NCBI GenBank assembly: GCA_030704615.1
Contig: CM060731.1
Span: 44,578,001 to 44,642,000, forward strand
Direction of reading: 5' to 3'
DNA: 64,000 bases
Origin: Takakia lepidozioides
Lineage: Eukaryota; Plantae; Bryophyta
The translations under genes and the position numbers were made by a program. This document shows, in pieces, positions 26,880 to 38,827 of this stretch. The first letter of the stretch is position 1. Each line of letters opens with the position of its first letter. Below the pieces are notes generated by a model. That model was not told the DNA's origin. It did not search any database and worked only from the letters and a program-made list of their open reading frames with translations.

Positions 26880-27345
26880 GAAGTGAGTGGGGACGAAGAT
26901 TTTGTACTAGGCGTGAGATCATACCATCGTCGTTGCGTGCTTTTAATTTTGAATCCATCTGCTCCACCCTACAAACGAGTTTGTGTCGACTGTCGACTCA
27001 CAGACTTCATCGGCGAGAAGATGGTCAGTTTCATTGCAACGTCTGTCGCCCAAACAAGCAATTGGTCAACCAGGCATTTATTCAAGCAAAACTCAATGAT
27101 GGGACTGAAACCATGATTACATATTTGCAGGGGCAATGGCTGGAGGCTATTGTCTCCATGACTTAACCTTAATTTTTGGCTTGCAGCAAGCACAAACAAA
27201 ATGACATTATATCGAGACTCGGTTTATAAGGTAAATTTATGTTATTGCCCACCTCTTACCTTGTTGGCTTTGAAGAGCACAATCCAGGTCTAGAAATTGT
27301 ACAGGCAATTTCTGACATACACTCATCTGTTCTATCAGCATCTAC
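26880..27345 (+). pseudogene. RPA70 C-terminal (zinc-ribbon OB-fold)-like remnant, possibly Helitron-borne; continues at 45510-45611 after the CACTA insertion
   Basis: YKRVCVDC..(frameshift)..FHCNVC..QAFIQAKLNDGTETMITYL..LEAIVSMT follows the Rep_fac-A_C pattern. The frame continues across the excised CACTA as ..VLSAST|LDSSIEPHLF.. Confidence 0.45.
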
Positions 27346-29925
27346 CACTACAACAGATCCCGGCTTTTATGTCTGTTATTTTTTAGTCGTATCGGCCTTT
27401 TATAACTGCATGACTGCCCAGTCAGATAAACCCAATCAGTTGATGCAAATGAGTCGTAAGCGTTATAAAGTCGTATCTGCCAGTCATGGAGCTCACTGTT
27501 GACGTGGCAACGGGGACGCCTAATCATAGTCATTGATAAGACCGTAGTAAATGACTACGAATTCATGTCAGCTTCACGTGGAACGGAAGGGATATGCCAC
27601 GTGTCACGACACAGGGAAGGCAACAGGGTCTTCACGACTGGCATATACGACTTCCGCAGATTAACCCCAGGACAACACGTGGAGAAGACTGGACATGACA
27701 TGTGGCATGATACATGGAGAATATGGGACATGACACGTGGCATGACAATATGGAGCGGGATGGTCTTTCATGACTGGCATGTATGACTTCAAATTTTTAA
27801 TCCCAGGTCCACACGTGGAGTCAAATTATGTAGGATAGGGGGGTCGTTATGATTGGAACATATGACTTCCATGGCGCACTCTAGATACTGCACGTGGCAT
27901 GAGTATGGGTGAATACGAGGGGTGAAAGTGGCACGTGGTTGAGGCTCTGTGGATGGGAGGTAGTCATGTACATGACCGTAGTCATGGGCCTGACTCTAGC
28001 AGCATTGAAACATGAAAACACATTTGAAATTGGAACATCGATTCAAATACAACGTGACTTAATGTTCAGAGATCCGTTCCATAATCTAATCCGGTGTTGC
28101 TACAAAAATGCACAAGCTGCAAAGTCTAAGTAGACTTCCAAATGCCTGAGCAGAAGATGCATACACTGGTATCTATCGGACTTCAGCAATCCTAACATAT
28201 GGCAGATGATGCACTCAAATTTGGGGCAGTCAAACATTCATCCCTTCACTTTCTGGATCTTCACAAACTTGTCACTCTGTAACATGATCTACAATGTATC
28301 CCAACTTTGTGTGCCAATGTATCCCAATGTATCCCAACTTCATGGACTTGTTGTGATACGGTAAAGGGGCGTTGGTAAGTATCACCTGTGTGATCGTGAT
28401 GGTCATATACCCTTCAGGCACCATATGTTATCATTCACTCGCTGAAGCCCCTTGTAGACCAACAATATGGCCAGATCCTGCTGTTCCCTCGAAACCGTGT
28501 CGATAATGGACTTGGTCACCCACCTTCAACTGCCATCCACCCCAAAAATTGCAGGAAATGCCCAAGCATGCACTCTTTCAATCACTATCATAGTGACAAG
28601 CCTCGCCGCGAGCACAACATCCACGGGGAAAACGAAGGCTAATATCGATCTGGGGCCTGGAGTCCGGTGACGAGGTGGGTTGGGCTCAAGAACCGCCCAC
28701 CCGTGAAGTGTGCCACTAAGCTTGGCGGAGGGTCAGCGGTCGATGGAGGGAACTACCTCCCGCTATCCTAAACTACTAGCAAACGTAGGTTTCAACTCCA
28801 ACGCTCACGGGGCATAATTTGTTTGTTGTCTCCTACGGAATCTACTCCTAACTAATTGTATTCCAAGTCTTCTTTATTACAGTTAACACGGCTTCACCCC
28901 GGAGCTTGTCGGTGTCCTCAAAAAATCTTCTTCACCTGGATTGCTGCCGGAAGCGTTAAGGACAAGCCGCTTAGGTCTAGGTTGCTTCACCAACACGCGC
29001 CCCCGAATCGCACGTGTGTGCAAAGGGGTTGCCTACGTTCCCGCTATCCGAAGGGGAGAGCACACCCTAGCCTAGCCAAAAAGCTCTTTACCTGGACAAT
29101 ATCTCATTTTCCGTCTAGCTGTTAGGGCCCTTGGCTATTTTCTAGCACTAGATATTGATAAGAAAAATAGAAAAAATACTATCCTAGGCAAGCTATGATA
29201 ATTAGGAAATAGAGATAAAAATCCTGGATTTATTTACCTCTATTCTTATTTTCTGGTAATTTTCTAAACAGAAAACCCACTTCAAAATTAATTACTAAGG
29301 CTGAAAATTCACTAATTGTAGAAAAATAGGCATAAGGTAGGAATTCATCTAAGCTTTCTAATGATCCATGGCTTGGCCTCTACATAATTCTCTAACCCTC
29401 TCATTGCCCAAAAACCATTATAAAGATGTGGGAACCATAGGGAATTGGCCTAATAGGTCCAAACAATCCCCTAATAGCCTTTAATACATAGCCCCTAGCT
29501 TCTAGATCTCAGGTTCAAACCCCCTAGAGCTAGAATGACTTGTTAAAATTCCGGATGAAAATTTGCATTTATCATCCACGGATCTTTCACCGTTCATCCT
29601 TGCAATGGATGAAAGATTACATTTATCATCCTGCCTTCATCCGTCTTACATCCATTCCTAACCATCCACTATTCCACATTCCTCAAAAAACGCTCCTCAC
29701 ATATGAATAATATATTTTGGTGGGTCCGCTGTTGGTTCCTCCACCTTATCTATATGCATTTTAAGGCTGGGTGCAACCAGAAATGACTCCCCTTCCCACT
29801 TCAAACCCCCTTCTACCCCTCCCAAAAGCTTTGTACTTATCGTCCGCTTTTCGTGAGCAAGGTAACTCGGTGTGAGCCGAGCGGCCGATTTCCGATCTGA
29901 CCACCTATGACATACCAAAACGAAG

Positions 29926-32900
29926 CACTACAGCAAATGGGGGGGGGGTTTGCGACGCCAACCCCGCGAAGTGTGTTTGCGACGTCGGGCCGTCGCAGCC
30001 AACCCCACGGGAGTGCAACCTGGCGCTGGGGCCAGGCGGCGACGCCTGGCCGTCGCACGGAGTGATGAAGGGGAAATGGCAGCCCTTCCGTGCGACGCCG
30101 CCCCCAACGAAGGGCAGAAGGCAGCCCTTTTTGGCGACGGCCGGTCGTCGCACGCCGGAAAAAAAAACCATTTCTTGTCATTTCTTTCATCGCAGCCCTT
30201 TCTTGCGACGCCCGGCCGTCGCATGGTGGCATGAAGGGCAAAAGGCCCCTGCGACGGCCGGGCGTCGCAAACTGCCCGGCTGCCCTATTCTTTCAAAACA
30301 AAAAAACATGTCACAGTTTGCGACGGCTGGCCGTCGCCGTTTGCGACCCCCAGCCTCATAAATCCATTCAAAAAAACAGGTCGCAGTTGACGACGGTTGG
30401 CGGTCGCCGTTTGTGACCCCCGGCCTGATAAATCTAAGAAAACGCGTCGCAGTTAGCGACGCGTGGGGGTCGCAGGAGGCGACGACAGGGCTTTCTAGGT
30501 TTAGGTTTAGGGCCTTTGGGGGTTCTTAGTTTTTTTTTTTTTTTCATATGATACTAGGGTAGGGTGTTTGTTTTTCTTTATGGTTTAGCTTGTTGTTGTG
30601 GACCTTCTTGTAGATTGTGACATTCATTTTGATAATTCTCTTGATACCACATCTGTATGTGTTGCTCCAACATATTCATTGCCTATGCCTTCTTTCTTGA
30701 AAGACTATCAGCCACAGCCATATTTGATTAATCATAGAAATAAAGTACAATATGCATGTACACGTACAATCAATCAAAGGGATGGGTCCAGTTTGGTGCG
30801 AGAATTGTTATGTAGCTTTGATTTTGTATCTAATCAACTTGAACATCATCATCCGGAGCCTCTTCATCCTCATCAAGCTGCAAGTCTTCTTGGTCATCGG
30901 AGTCATCGTCATAAATGGTCCGGCCCTCAAAAGGCACCTCCAAATCATCCTCCACCTCGTTGTCAATGACCGTGTCTTCGTCTCGTTCTCCAACATCCAT
31001 ATCTCTAGAGCTTCATCATATAGGGTCCAGGATGCATTGTCTGAGGTGTCATCATCCTCTTCTACCCCCTCTACCCAACCTCCATCATCAGCATCATTAT
31101 GACCAGTCTCTCCGTCCACCGCAATTGCCTCACCCCATGGAGATCCGAGACCATGATAGATACGTCTTCTTTTTGGCTGAGCATGCACAACCACCTTCCA
31201 ATTCCCCCCTCTTGTTTTGTCATCGGAGAAGAAAACTTGCTCCATGCTGAAGGCCGTGAAAAAGGCTCATCGGAGGGACGATGAGTAGGGTTGAGCCTAT
31301 CTGCATTGACGCACATGAAACCACAATCATCTTGCACTAGCGTTGCGGAGGGCCCCACAAGATGTGGCTGGAACCACCTTCCCTTGAAGAGAAGAGGCCG
31401 GTACCTTGTATACTGAAGTTGGAGTATGCTCTCAAGCTCTCCAATGTACTCAAGTTTGCTCATAGCAGGTCGTGTATCTCCCTTGCCCCACACGGAGTCT
31501 TGTCAATATATGGCACACAAGCCAGAATCAAAGGTTGTTTTGCGCTTCATGTCAAGAGCACGAATGCGGAAATGACGACCGTGAACCCAAACCGCCATGT
31601 ATGAGATCGCGAATTGAGAGGGGCCCCTTGCAATGTCTTGCACCAAATCTGAAACCACATCTCCTTGAGCAACGACGTCATAAACTGAAGTCCGAAGCCA
31701 TTGTTGGAATGAACTTAGAGGCTGCAATTCCATGGGCAAATTTTGTGAAGGAACATTCCGGCGGCTCGCTCCTCGTCGTGGGCGTTTAGTAACCGGCCTT
31801 GGATGGTTCCGCCTCCATGCAAGCGTCTCCTCCTCTCGTTGCTGAACAAGATTATTGTATCTTGCCTCCCACTCATGTATGGATGGGGTGTTCTTCAGTA
31901 TGAAGTCATGCGCTTGCTCAATCACCAAGGTCGACAATTTTACCCTCTTCGATTTTTTGGGCAAAACGATGTCCTTGGTTCGTGCATCCTCCTCTTCCTT
32001 CCACATCTGAGGGGATTCCTCATCCACCCTTGCCATATACTCCGTGCAATAGAACATAGCTTCTTGCAACATATACCCCTCCGCCATGCTACCCTCCAGT
32101 GCGCCATTTGTCTTACAAATCCTTTCAAAGTCTTCATATAACGCTCAAGGAAGTACATCCACCGAGAATGAATGGGGCCGACAATCGAAGCCTCTTCCAC
32201 TAAGTGCACTACCAAGTGCACTTGGATGTCAAAGAAGGAAGGAGGAAGGTGCATCTCCAACATACACATTACCTCCGCCGCCTCCTTCTTCATGCGTAGA
32301 AAATCTGTTTCTTCCAACTCTTTGGAGCAAATCCACCGGAACAAGCCTCCCAATCTATAGATTGTCTCACGAACCTCACGAGTCAATGTCCCACGTACTG
32401 CAATGGGCAAGATGTCTTGCAATAGATTGTGGTAGTCATGAGACTTCAAACCATGGACCCCGTCTTCTTCGCTGAACTTCGTACGGAGGGATGACCCATA
32501 ACCAGTTGGTGTTCGGACATCACTTATGGTGGCTATCACTTTCTTGTATTCCTCCTTTGTCCATTGCCAAGGTGCGCGCCTATACTTCCACCGTACAACA
32601 CCCTTTGGGTCCACACCATTTTGTTCGGCCCATAAATGGCGCATGCGACCCTGCTCCTCAAGCTCTTTCTAACACCGAGAGAATCTCCTTTTGCAGCCAC
32701 TCCCTTCTTTGCCGGCGTGCCATGAAGAACCCGAAAAATGGACGAGCAGACATTCTTCTCAATATGCATGGGATCTAGAAGATGGTGAATATTTAGGTCC
32801 TACATATATCCCCACCCACAAAGACTTATACAAATTTTTTTACGTGAAAGTGACAATGCAACGCATACCAAATGTGCAATATCACATGCATGCATAGAGA

Positions 32901-34900
32901 TATTGAACATCTGAAAAGATTATCCGGCCATAGGGTCAAGTGAAGCATCTAATGCCGGGACCCCCCTTTATAGCTCTTTAAGTTCATCAACAAGAGGTCG
33001 CAAGTACGTGTCCATGTTTGCTACTTGTTTTTTCCCTTTGAGACATTCACAACATTGTTTCAATGCTCCACCAATATGCAGATTATACTACAAAATGAAG
33101 TACACGTCTTACTTCATGATTATGTCACTCATCAATCTTGCATCCGAATTGCGTCAAAGATCAGAAGTTTAATGTAAAGTCGAAGGCAATAATAAACATG
33201 AAATGAGTACACTCACCTGGCACAATGGCAGCCAACATGATATGGCCTTTTTTAATTGAAAGATACGGAGGGATGTTGTAATTCACCATGGTCACCGGCC
33301 AAGTGGAATGACTACATGACTGGACAGAGAATGGGTTGACCCCATCCGAGGAGAAGCCGAGGTGGACATGTCGTGGGTCCTCCAAGAGAAAAGGCCACAT
33401 CTCTTCAATATGCCTCCATGCTTGTGAATCTTGTGGCCCGCACACCTTTCCCGGGGGGGTCCGATGCGAGGCGTGCCATCTCATGAGTCTGGCCAATTCG
33501 GGGCTTCGGTACTGTGCCCTCAATCGCGAGATGATCAGAAAGTAATGCATTTTCTAGGATGAAATACCCCACGCCCCCCACATGTAATCATCTCATTAGC
33601 ACACAACACCCTTATGTCTTTCCCTTTATGCAGCCTCTCCCTCATTTGGGTATGAATGGTCAAAACCAAACGTCGCTCCTTCCACTCCTCACTCACTCCT
33701 TCCAAAACCACAATCAGATCTTGCATGAGTACTACTCTCTAATAATCTCCATGCGAGGGGGAATGACGCTTATACCTTGCGTGGTACTTTTTTCCCTTGG
33801 ACATCATCCCGATATCGGTCTTTCTTACACTTTGGGCACTTGGTGAGATGCGAATCCTCTCCGTAGTATAGGGTTTTATCACATGGACATGCATGAAAAA
33901 TCTTATAGCCCATCCCCACAGAGTCCAAGACTTCGCGCGCCTCTTTCCGCGACCGTGGCATCTTGGGTTTCAAAGTATGGAGCAAGGATATAGTCTGCAA
34001 TAGTTCGCATGATGGCAGACATCCCAACATTACTTATGCCAAATCGAATTTGAAGATTGAGCAAAAGTAAGATTGTTGAAAGTCGACTCACTTTCGCCCC
34101 TTCGTACAAGGGAGTTCTCGCCTCCCTCTCCATGTCATTTGAGGGGGCCATTTCAGGATCATCGATTGGCCGGGTTCCCTCTTCATGGGATGCATCAGCG
34201 CCCACATGATGCATTAAGAGATCCTCCATGGCTTGCACATCCTCCTAGTTAATTCCATGCTCATTGTTGTTGTCACTGTCACTATCACTGTCATCGTCAT
34301 CATCGTCCGGTACCGTGGGGGCGGCGTCTCGCCTACGGCTCCCGCCTGATGTACTTGGGTTGTTTTCGGATGGGGTGCCAAGAGAAAAGACCAGGAAGGG
34401 ATGGACAAAGTCCTGATACGAACAAATGAACATAGGGACATATATTATAATGTGTCATTGCAACCATACACTTCATTATAAGCGAAATGCAAACAACAAC
34501 CTTCAATGTGTGTGTGCATCAAATATGTCATTCAATAATTACATGTATGTGCGCAACGTACACGCATGCAAAGTTTCAAACCCAAACAAAATCATTTGCC
34601 CCCCCAATGACGCATTCACCCTATCAACCAATTTTTGTTTATCAATGTGAAAGAAAATCCTCTCATGCCATTGCACCTAACAAACGGATGTGGCTCAAGC
34701 TTCATTTTTTCCTACATGTGCAAATATGTATGCAACACCTGTACAAAGATACAGCAGGGGAAAAAATAAAAAATAAAAAATTGCCTCCCCAATGACGCAC
34801 TCACCCTTGCACCAATTTTGAATTAAATCGAATTTAAATGAATTTAAAATAAATATTTGTATTTTAAAAAAATATGATTGCGGTTTTGAGGGGCGTAATG
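29926..34900 (-). mobile_element. Nested second CACTA element (one end preserved)
   Basis: Terminus CACTACAGCAAATGG at 29926 followed by TGCGACG/CGTCGCA hairpin subterminal repeats (29950-30485) and a transposase. The opposite end was not found; the right boundary is approximate. Confidence 0.85.
30808..34440 (-). pseudogene. CACTA TnpD/Tnp2-type transposase (Transposase_21, DUF4218, DUF4216 regions), frameshifted
   Basis: FHACPCDKTLY..CPKC, LGFSSDGVNPF..STWPV..YNIPP, MDTYLRPLVDELKEL, DPMHIEKNV, GLKSHDYHNLLQ, LEMHLPPSFFDIQVHL..GPIHSRWMYFLER, YIGELESIL..LFKGRWF, QVFFSDD..WKVVV. Confidence 0.92.
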
Positions 34901-34923
34901 ATTTTATTTTTAGCTCTATTGCA

Positions 34924-35276
34924 GATCATTGGCTCGTATTCAAAATGTCAACGTGTGGGCCTGGCAGCGGCGTCGAACTGGTCCACCGGATGACGAGTGG
35001 GGACTTGTCAAACATTTGGGTCATGTTCGACCATATCAAGCGAATCACAAATCACCAGTGGGTGACAATCGGTGCACATGTCTACGACACCCACTGCATG
35101 ATGCTAATGACAATTGTTATTTGTGAGATGAAAGGAGATGACACACAATCGGAGATGCTTCTTTGGCAGGGAATAAACGAACAGATGGCCAGGGCAGAAT
35201 TTCCCCCTCCCAATTTCCGTGGTTTCATGGCGGACAACACACAAACAAATTGGGCGGCCATCCGAAGGGTGTACGG
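34924..35276 (+). pseudogene. Fragment of MULE-like transposase core (family typical of non-seed plants), truncated by LINE insertion
   Basis: FKMSTCGPGSGVELVHRM..WVMFDHIKR..W.T.GAHVYD..FRGFMADNTQTNWAAIRRVYG. I recognise this as the catalytic portion of the family whose N-terminus is at 54054-55373. Confidence 0.6.
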
Positions 35277-36677
35277 ATAGAATTAATCCGGGTTTTCCAG
35301 ATATCCTCTACAAATCCCTTCACACAAACATCAATCTGTTGTGTGTGAGTTGCCCAAAAACTAGGCCTCAGAAGGGGCTGGGCTTTTGGCTCAGCCTCGA
35401 CTTTTTCAAAATTAGTAAACAGAGATACATGCACAATTCTCTTGATAGATTTGAAGAGAGCGTCTCTTTGGTGAGGGAACCCCGGACAGTGTATCAGAAA
35501 ATGAATAATGTCTTCAGGTTGCTCACAGACATGGTTGAACACTACAGCCTCTAAGTCAGATTTATCCAACAGGGTGAAGACTTGCGGTTCCAGGTCCAGG
35601 TCCTTGAGAATCTCTTCTACTGTCTTCTACCAGGACTTTAGCCTGTTTGACAGGAGTCGATTAACTTAAGATATCTAGTGTTGGACATATGTTGCAGCTG
35701 AACCCACCATCTGACCTTGAATTTATCTCGTCGGGAGCTTAAAAGAGAACAGCACAGAAGAGAGGGAGAGAGAGGGAGAGGGAGAGAGGGAGTGAGAGGG
35801 AGACATCAGGGGGCAACAAAGAAAAGAAAAGAAGGTGGGGGGGGGGGGAGTGACTGAGCAGCTGCTGCTGCTCAGTCACTCCCCCCCCCCACCCACATTC
35901 TCTGTTTTTCTTTGTTGCCCCTTCTCTTGGGGAAACAAAAGGGACAGATCCTACCTCTGTCAGGGGCTGACGTTGGTAGTAAGACTTACCTTCACATATA
36001 GAATTAATCCGGGTTTTCCAGATATCCTCTACAAATCCCTTCACACAAGCATCAATCTGCTGTGTGTGAGATGTCCAAAAACTAGGCCTCAGAAGGGGCT
36101 GGGCTTTTGGCTCAGCCTCGACTTTTTCAAAGTTAGTAAACAGAGGTACATGCACAATTCCCTTGATAGATTTGAAGAGAGCGTCTCTTTGGTGAGAGAA
36201 CCCTGGACAGTGTATCAGAAAATGAATACTGTCTTCAGATTGCCAACACAACGGGCAATTGCACTCTCCCTTTCCTCTCTGCTTCTGTTTGTTGTTCAAA
36301 GGTAGGCTTCCTGCCCTGAGTTTAAATTTCAGTCTAGTGCCGAGAGTGGGTAGACCCTTGAGGTCATCCAAGATGTCCTCCCCCATGTCACTGACTGGAA
36401 ACAAGTTCAGGGAAGTTTTTTGCCTAACTTCATTTTCATCAGACAATCTCATGGCAACAGACATGGTTGGACACTACAGCCTCTAAGTCAGATTTATCCA
36501 GCAGGGTGAAGACTTGCGGTTCCAGGTCCAGGTCCTTGAGAATCTCTTCTACTGTCTTCTGCCAGGACTTAGCCTGTTTGACAGGTCGGTGGGTGGTCCT
36601 GTTTCCAAGATATAGAGTCTATTAACTTAGGATATCTGGTGTTGGACATATGCTGCAACTGACCCCACCATCTGACC
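35277..36677 (-). mobile_element. Two tandem partial copies of the RTE-X/L1-like LINE 3' region (35277-35720 internally deleted; 35936-36677)
   Basis: 35277-35720 matches 35998-36243 joined to 36457-36677. Encodes VRWWGQLQHMSNTRYPKL..SWQKTVEEIL..GTRLKFKLRAGSLPLN..CPLC..HFLIHC. Confidence 0.8.
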
Positions 36678-36769
36678 TCCCCCCCCCCCCCCCAACCCAT
36701 TGTTTTTCATTGTTGCCCCCTCTCTCCCTCAGTCTCCCTCCTCGGAACTGGCCGGTTGCATCAGTGTTA

Positions 36770-37410
36770 TTTTCATGATTATTCCATCTATACCAGATGG
36801 AGTCTAAAAGGTGTTTTCACCCGACTTGTAAAGGTTTTCTATCCATACCGGAAGAATCACCTGGGTGGACACTAAAGTACCTTTAAAAAAGACTTATAAT
36901 TTTTCATTCCTCTTTTATTGACTTTCATCTATATCAGATGGGTCACCAGAGAATGTGGAATTACCTCCATAAGGGTTAAGACACTGGCATTATATCTATA
37001 ATTTTTCCATCCGTGCCGGATGAAAAATACCAGGATTTGAATTCGTTTTATTTCCCCTTTTACGTTTTTATCCGTACTGGATGAGGCTTTCTCTTAAGGG
37101 ATGACGAATTACCTGTTAGGATGAAAAACCGCTGCCCTGGATGATGGATACTAATTTTTCATCCTACTGATGGACCTCATCCAAGCAAATGAACCCATTT
37201 ATTTTTTCATCTGGACCGGATGAAAAAAGCAGCTTATGATGGCCATGGAGAAGTTTTTCTAATTACCCTTAATTATTGCTAATTAAGGAGTGAAACCCTA
37301 ACTCCTACCCTATAATCTACTGTTTAAACCTAGCTAACGGATGACATCCGTCGGGTTCTTAAGAGAAAGGGTATTGATTATTCATCCTACGGATGAAAAA
37401 TCGGGCTCTG
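36770..37410. mobile_element. End of a hAT-like element with CATCC/GGATG subterminal motifs
   Basis: Dense TTCATCC..GGATGAAAA mini-palindromes ending in TCGGGCTCTG (reverse complement CAGAGCCCGA, a hAT-like terminus). Similar motifs occur at 29545-29680. Confidence 0.45.
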
Positions 37411-38553
37411 TCCTAGGGTGTCTCTCCCGCTGTCAGCTGCATTCCTCGTGCTGCTGAGCTCGCGAGTTATGGCGTCTGAGCCCTGCTGCTACCCTGTCTG
37501 CTGCTTCATGCCGGACAAGCTCCTGGGGATGCGCAATGGCGGCGTCTTGTCTCTTCTCACAGGCGGGAGAACCTGTTGTGATGGCATCATCTCTTTCCCT
37601 CCTCTGGCTTTTATGTTTCGCAGCGGCGCTTTAGTGGGGAAGTATATCGCTCCCTCTCCCTTCTTAGACCTAGCATTTGTATGCTTCGCTTCTCCTTAGC
37701 TGTGTTGGAGGTGGCGTGTTGGTGGCGATGACGCAGTGTTACCTTCCCCAATTGCTCAAGGTGTTTTTGGCGATTAGGGTTCCTTTTACTTCATATCTTT
37801 CTCTTGGGGTTCTTAGTTAATATCGATAACAAGTGTAGGGGTCTGCAATTCACCTGGGGTTCCACAATCCTCACTAACCCATTGGTTTTTGTGGGGGCTT
37901 GTGATGGGACCAGGTGAGGATCCCTACCTACTTTGAATTCTCTTGAGCTTGCAGATAAGGATGTGTGCAAAAAGAACATATTGCTGCTGCCTGCAGCCCC
38001 GATTTCGGCCCACTTGCTCCCGGTTTGACATGATAATGCTTGCTTTTGACTTATCTTTTGCTGCTTCTGATGGAGCACTTTGGCCTGGCAGCCTTGTCTC
38101 ATGCAGCACTGCATGTGAATCCTACCTTGTCTTGAGTCTTTGACAGCTTTGCCTGTGGATTTTTAGACTTGGTTCCCCTTCTTTTTGGCCTTAAAAGAGG
38201 ATTGATGGTGTAAGGGACAAGTCATAAATGGTTGTTTTGCTATAAGGATGAGGAGACCTGAGTTTTGTCAAAGAAGACAGCCTGATAAGGCAATGATAGG
38301 CCGTTTTCAGACCTGGTTTTGTTGTGGAATGGAGCATAGTGAGGTTCTATTTGCAAAACATGGCATTAGCCTCCTGTGATACAATGACGGTAAGCTCTAA
38401 AGGACTCTGGCCAATGATTATTTACTCTATTTTGCCATTTGAATAGCCACCTGCATTGTATGATTTATCTTGGCCAAGTGGGCTTGGTCTTGGACACTCA
38501 AAGTGTATGTGTGTCCAGATCTGGATGTTGTGACAGGACATACCTTTCTTCCA

Positions 38554-38827
38554 TGCAAGAGTCCTATGTGCACAGGTCCTGAATATATACAACGACAGAC
38601 TGTTCTTACATACCCAGAAGACTTTGCAAGATGCATGCTTTGGGGTGCTTACATTTGGCCAAATGTGAAGCTGTAATATGGCTTACCTGGGCCAGCAAGA
38701 GTCCTATGTGCACAGGTCCTGAATATATACAATGACAGACTGTTCTTACATACCCAGAAGGCCTTGCACAATGCATGCTTTGGGGTGCTTACATTTGGCC
38801 AAATTTGAAGCGGCAATATGGCTTACC
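38554..38827. repeat. Direct tandem duplication, ~140-bp unit x2
   Basis: GCAAGAGTCCTATGTGCACAGGTCCTGAATATATACAA..TATGGCTTACC at 38554 and 38695. Confidence 0.9.

Noticed and set aside
29837-30416. Cluster of overlapping Arg-rich ORFs
   Set aside because: Artefact of GC-rich CACTA subterminal repeats.
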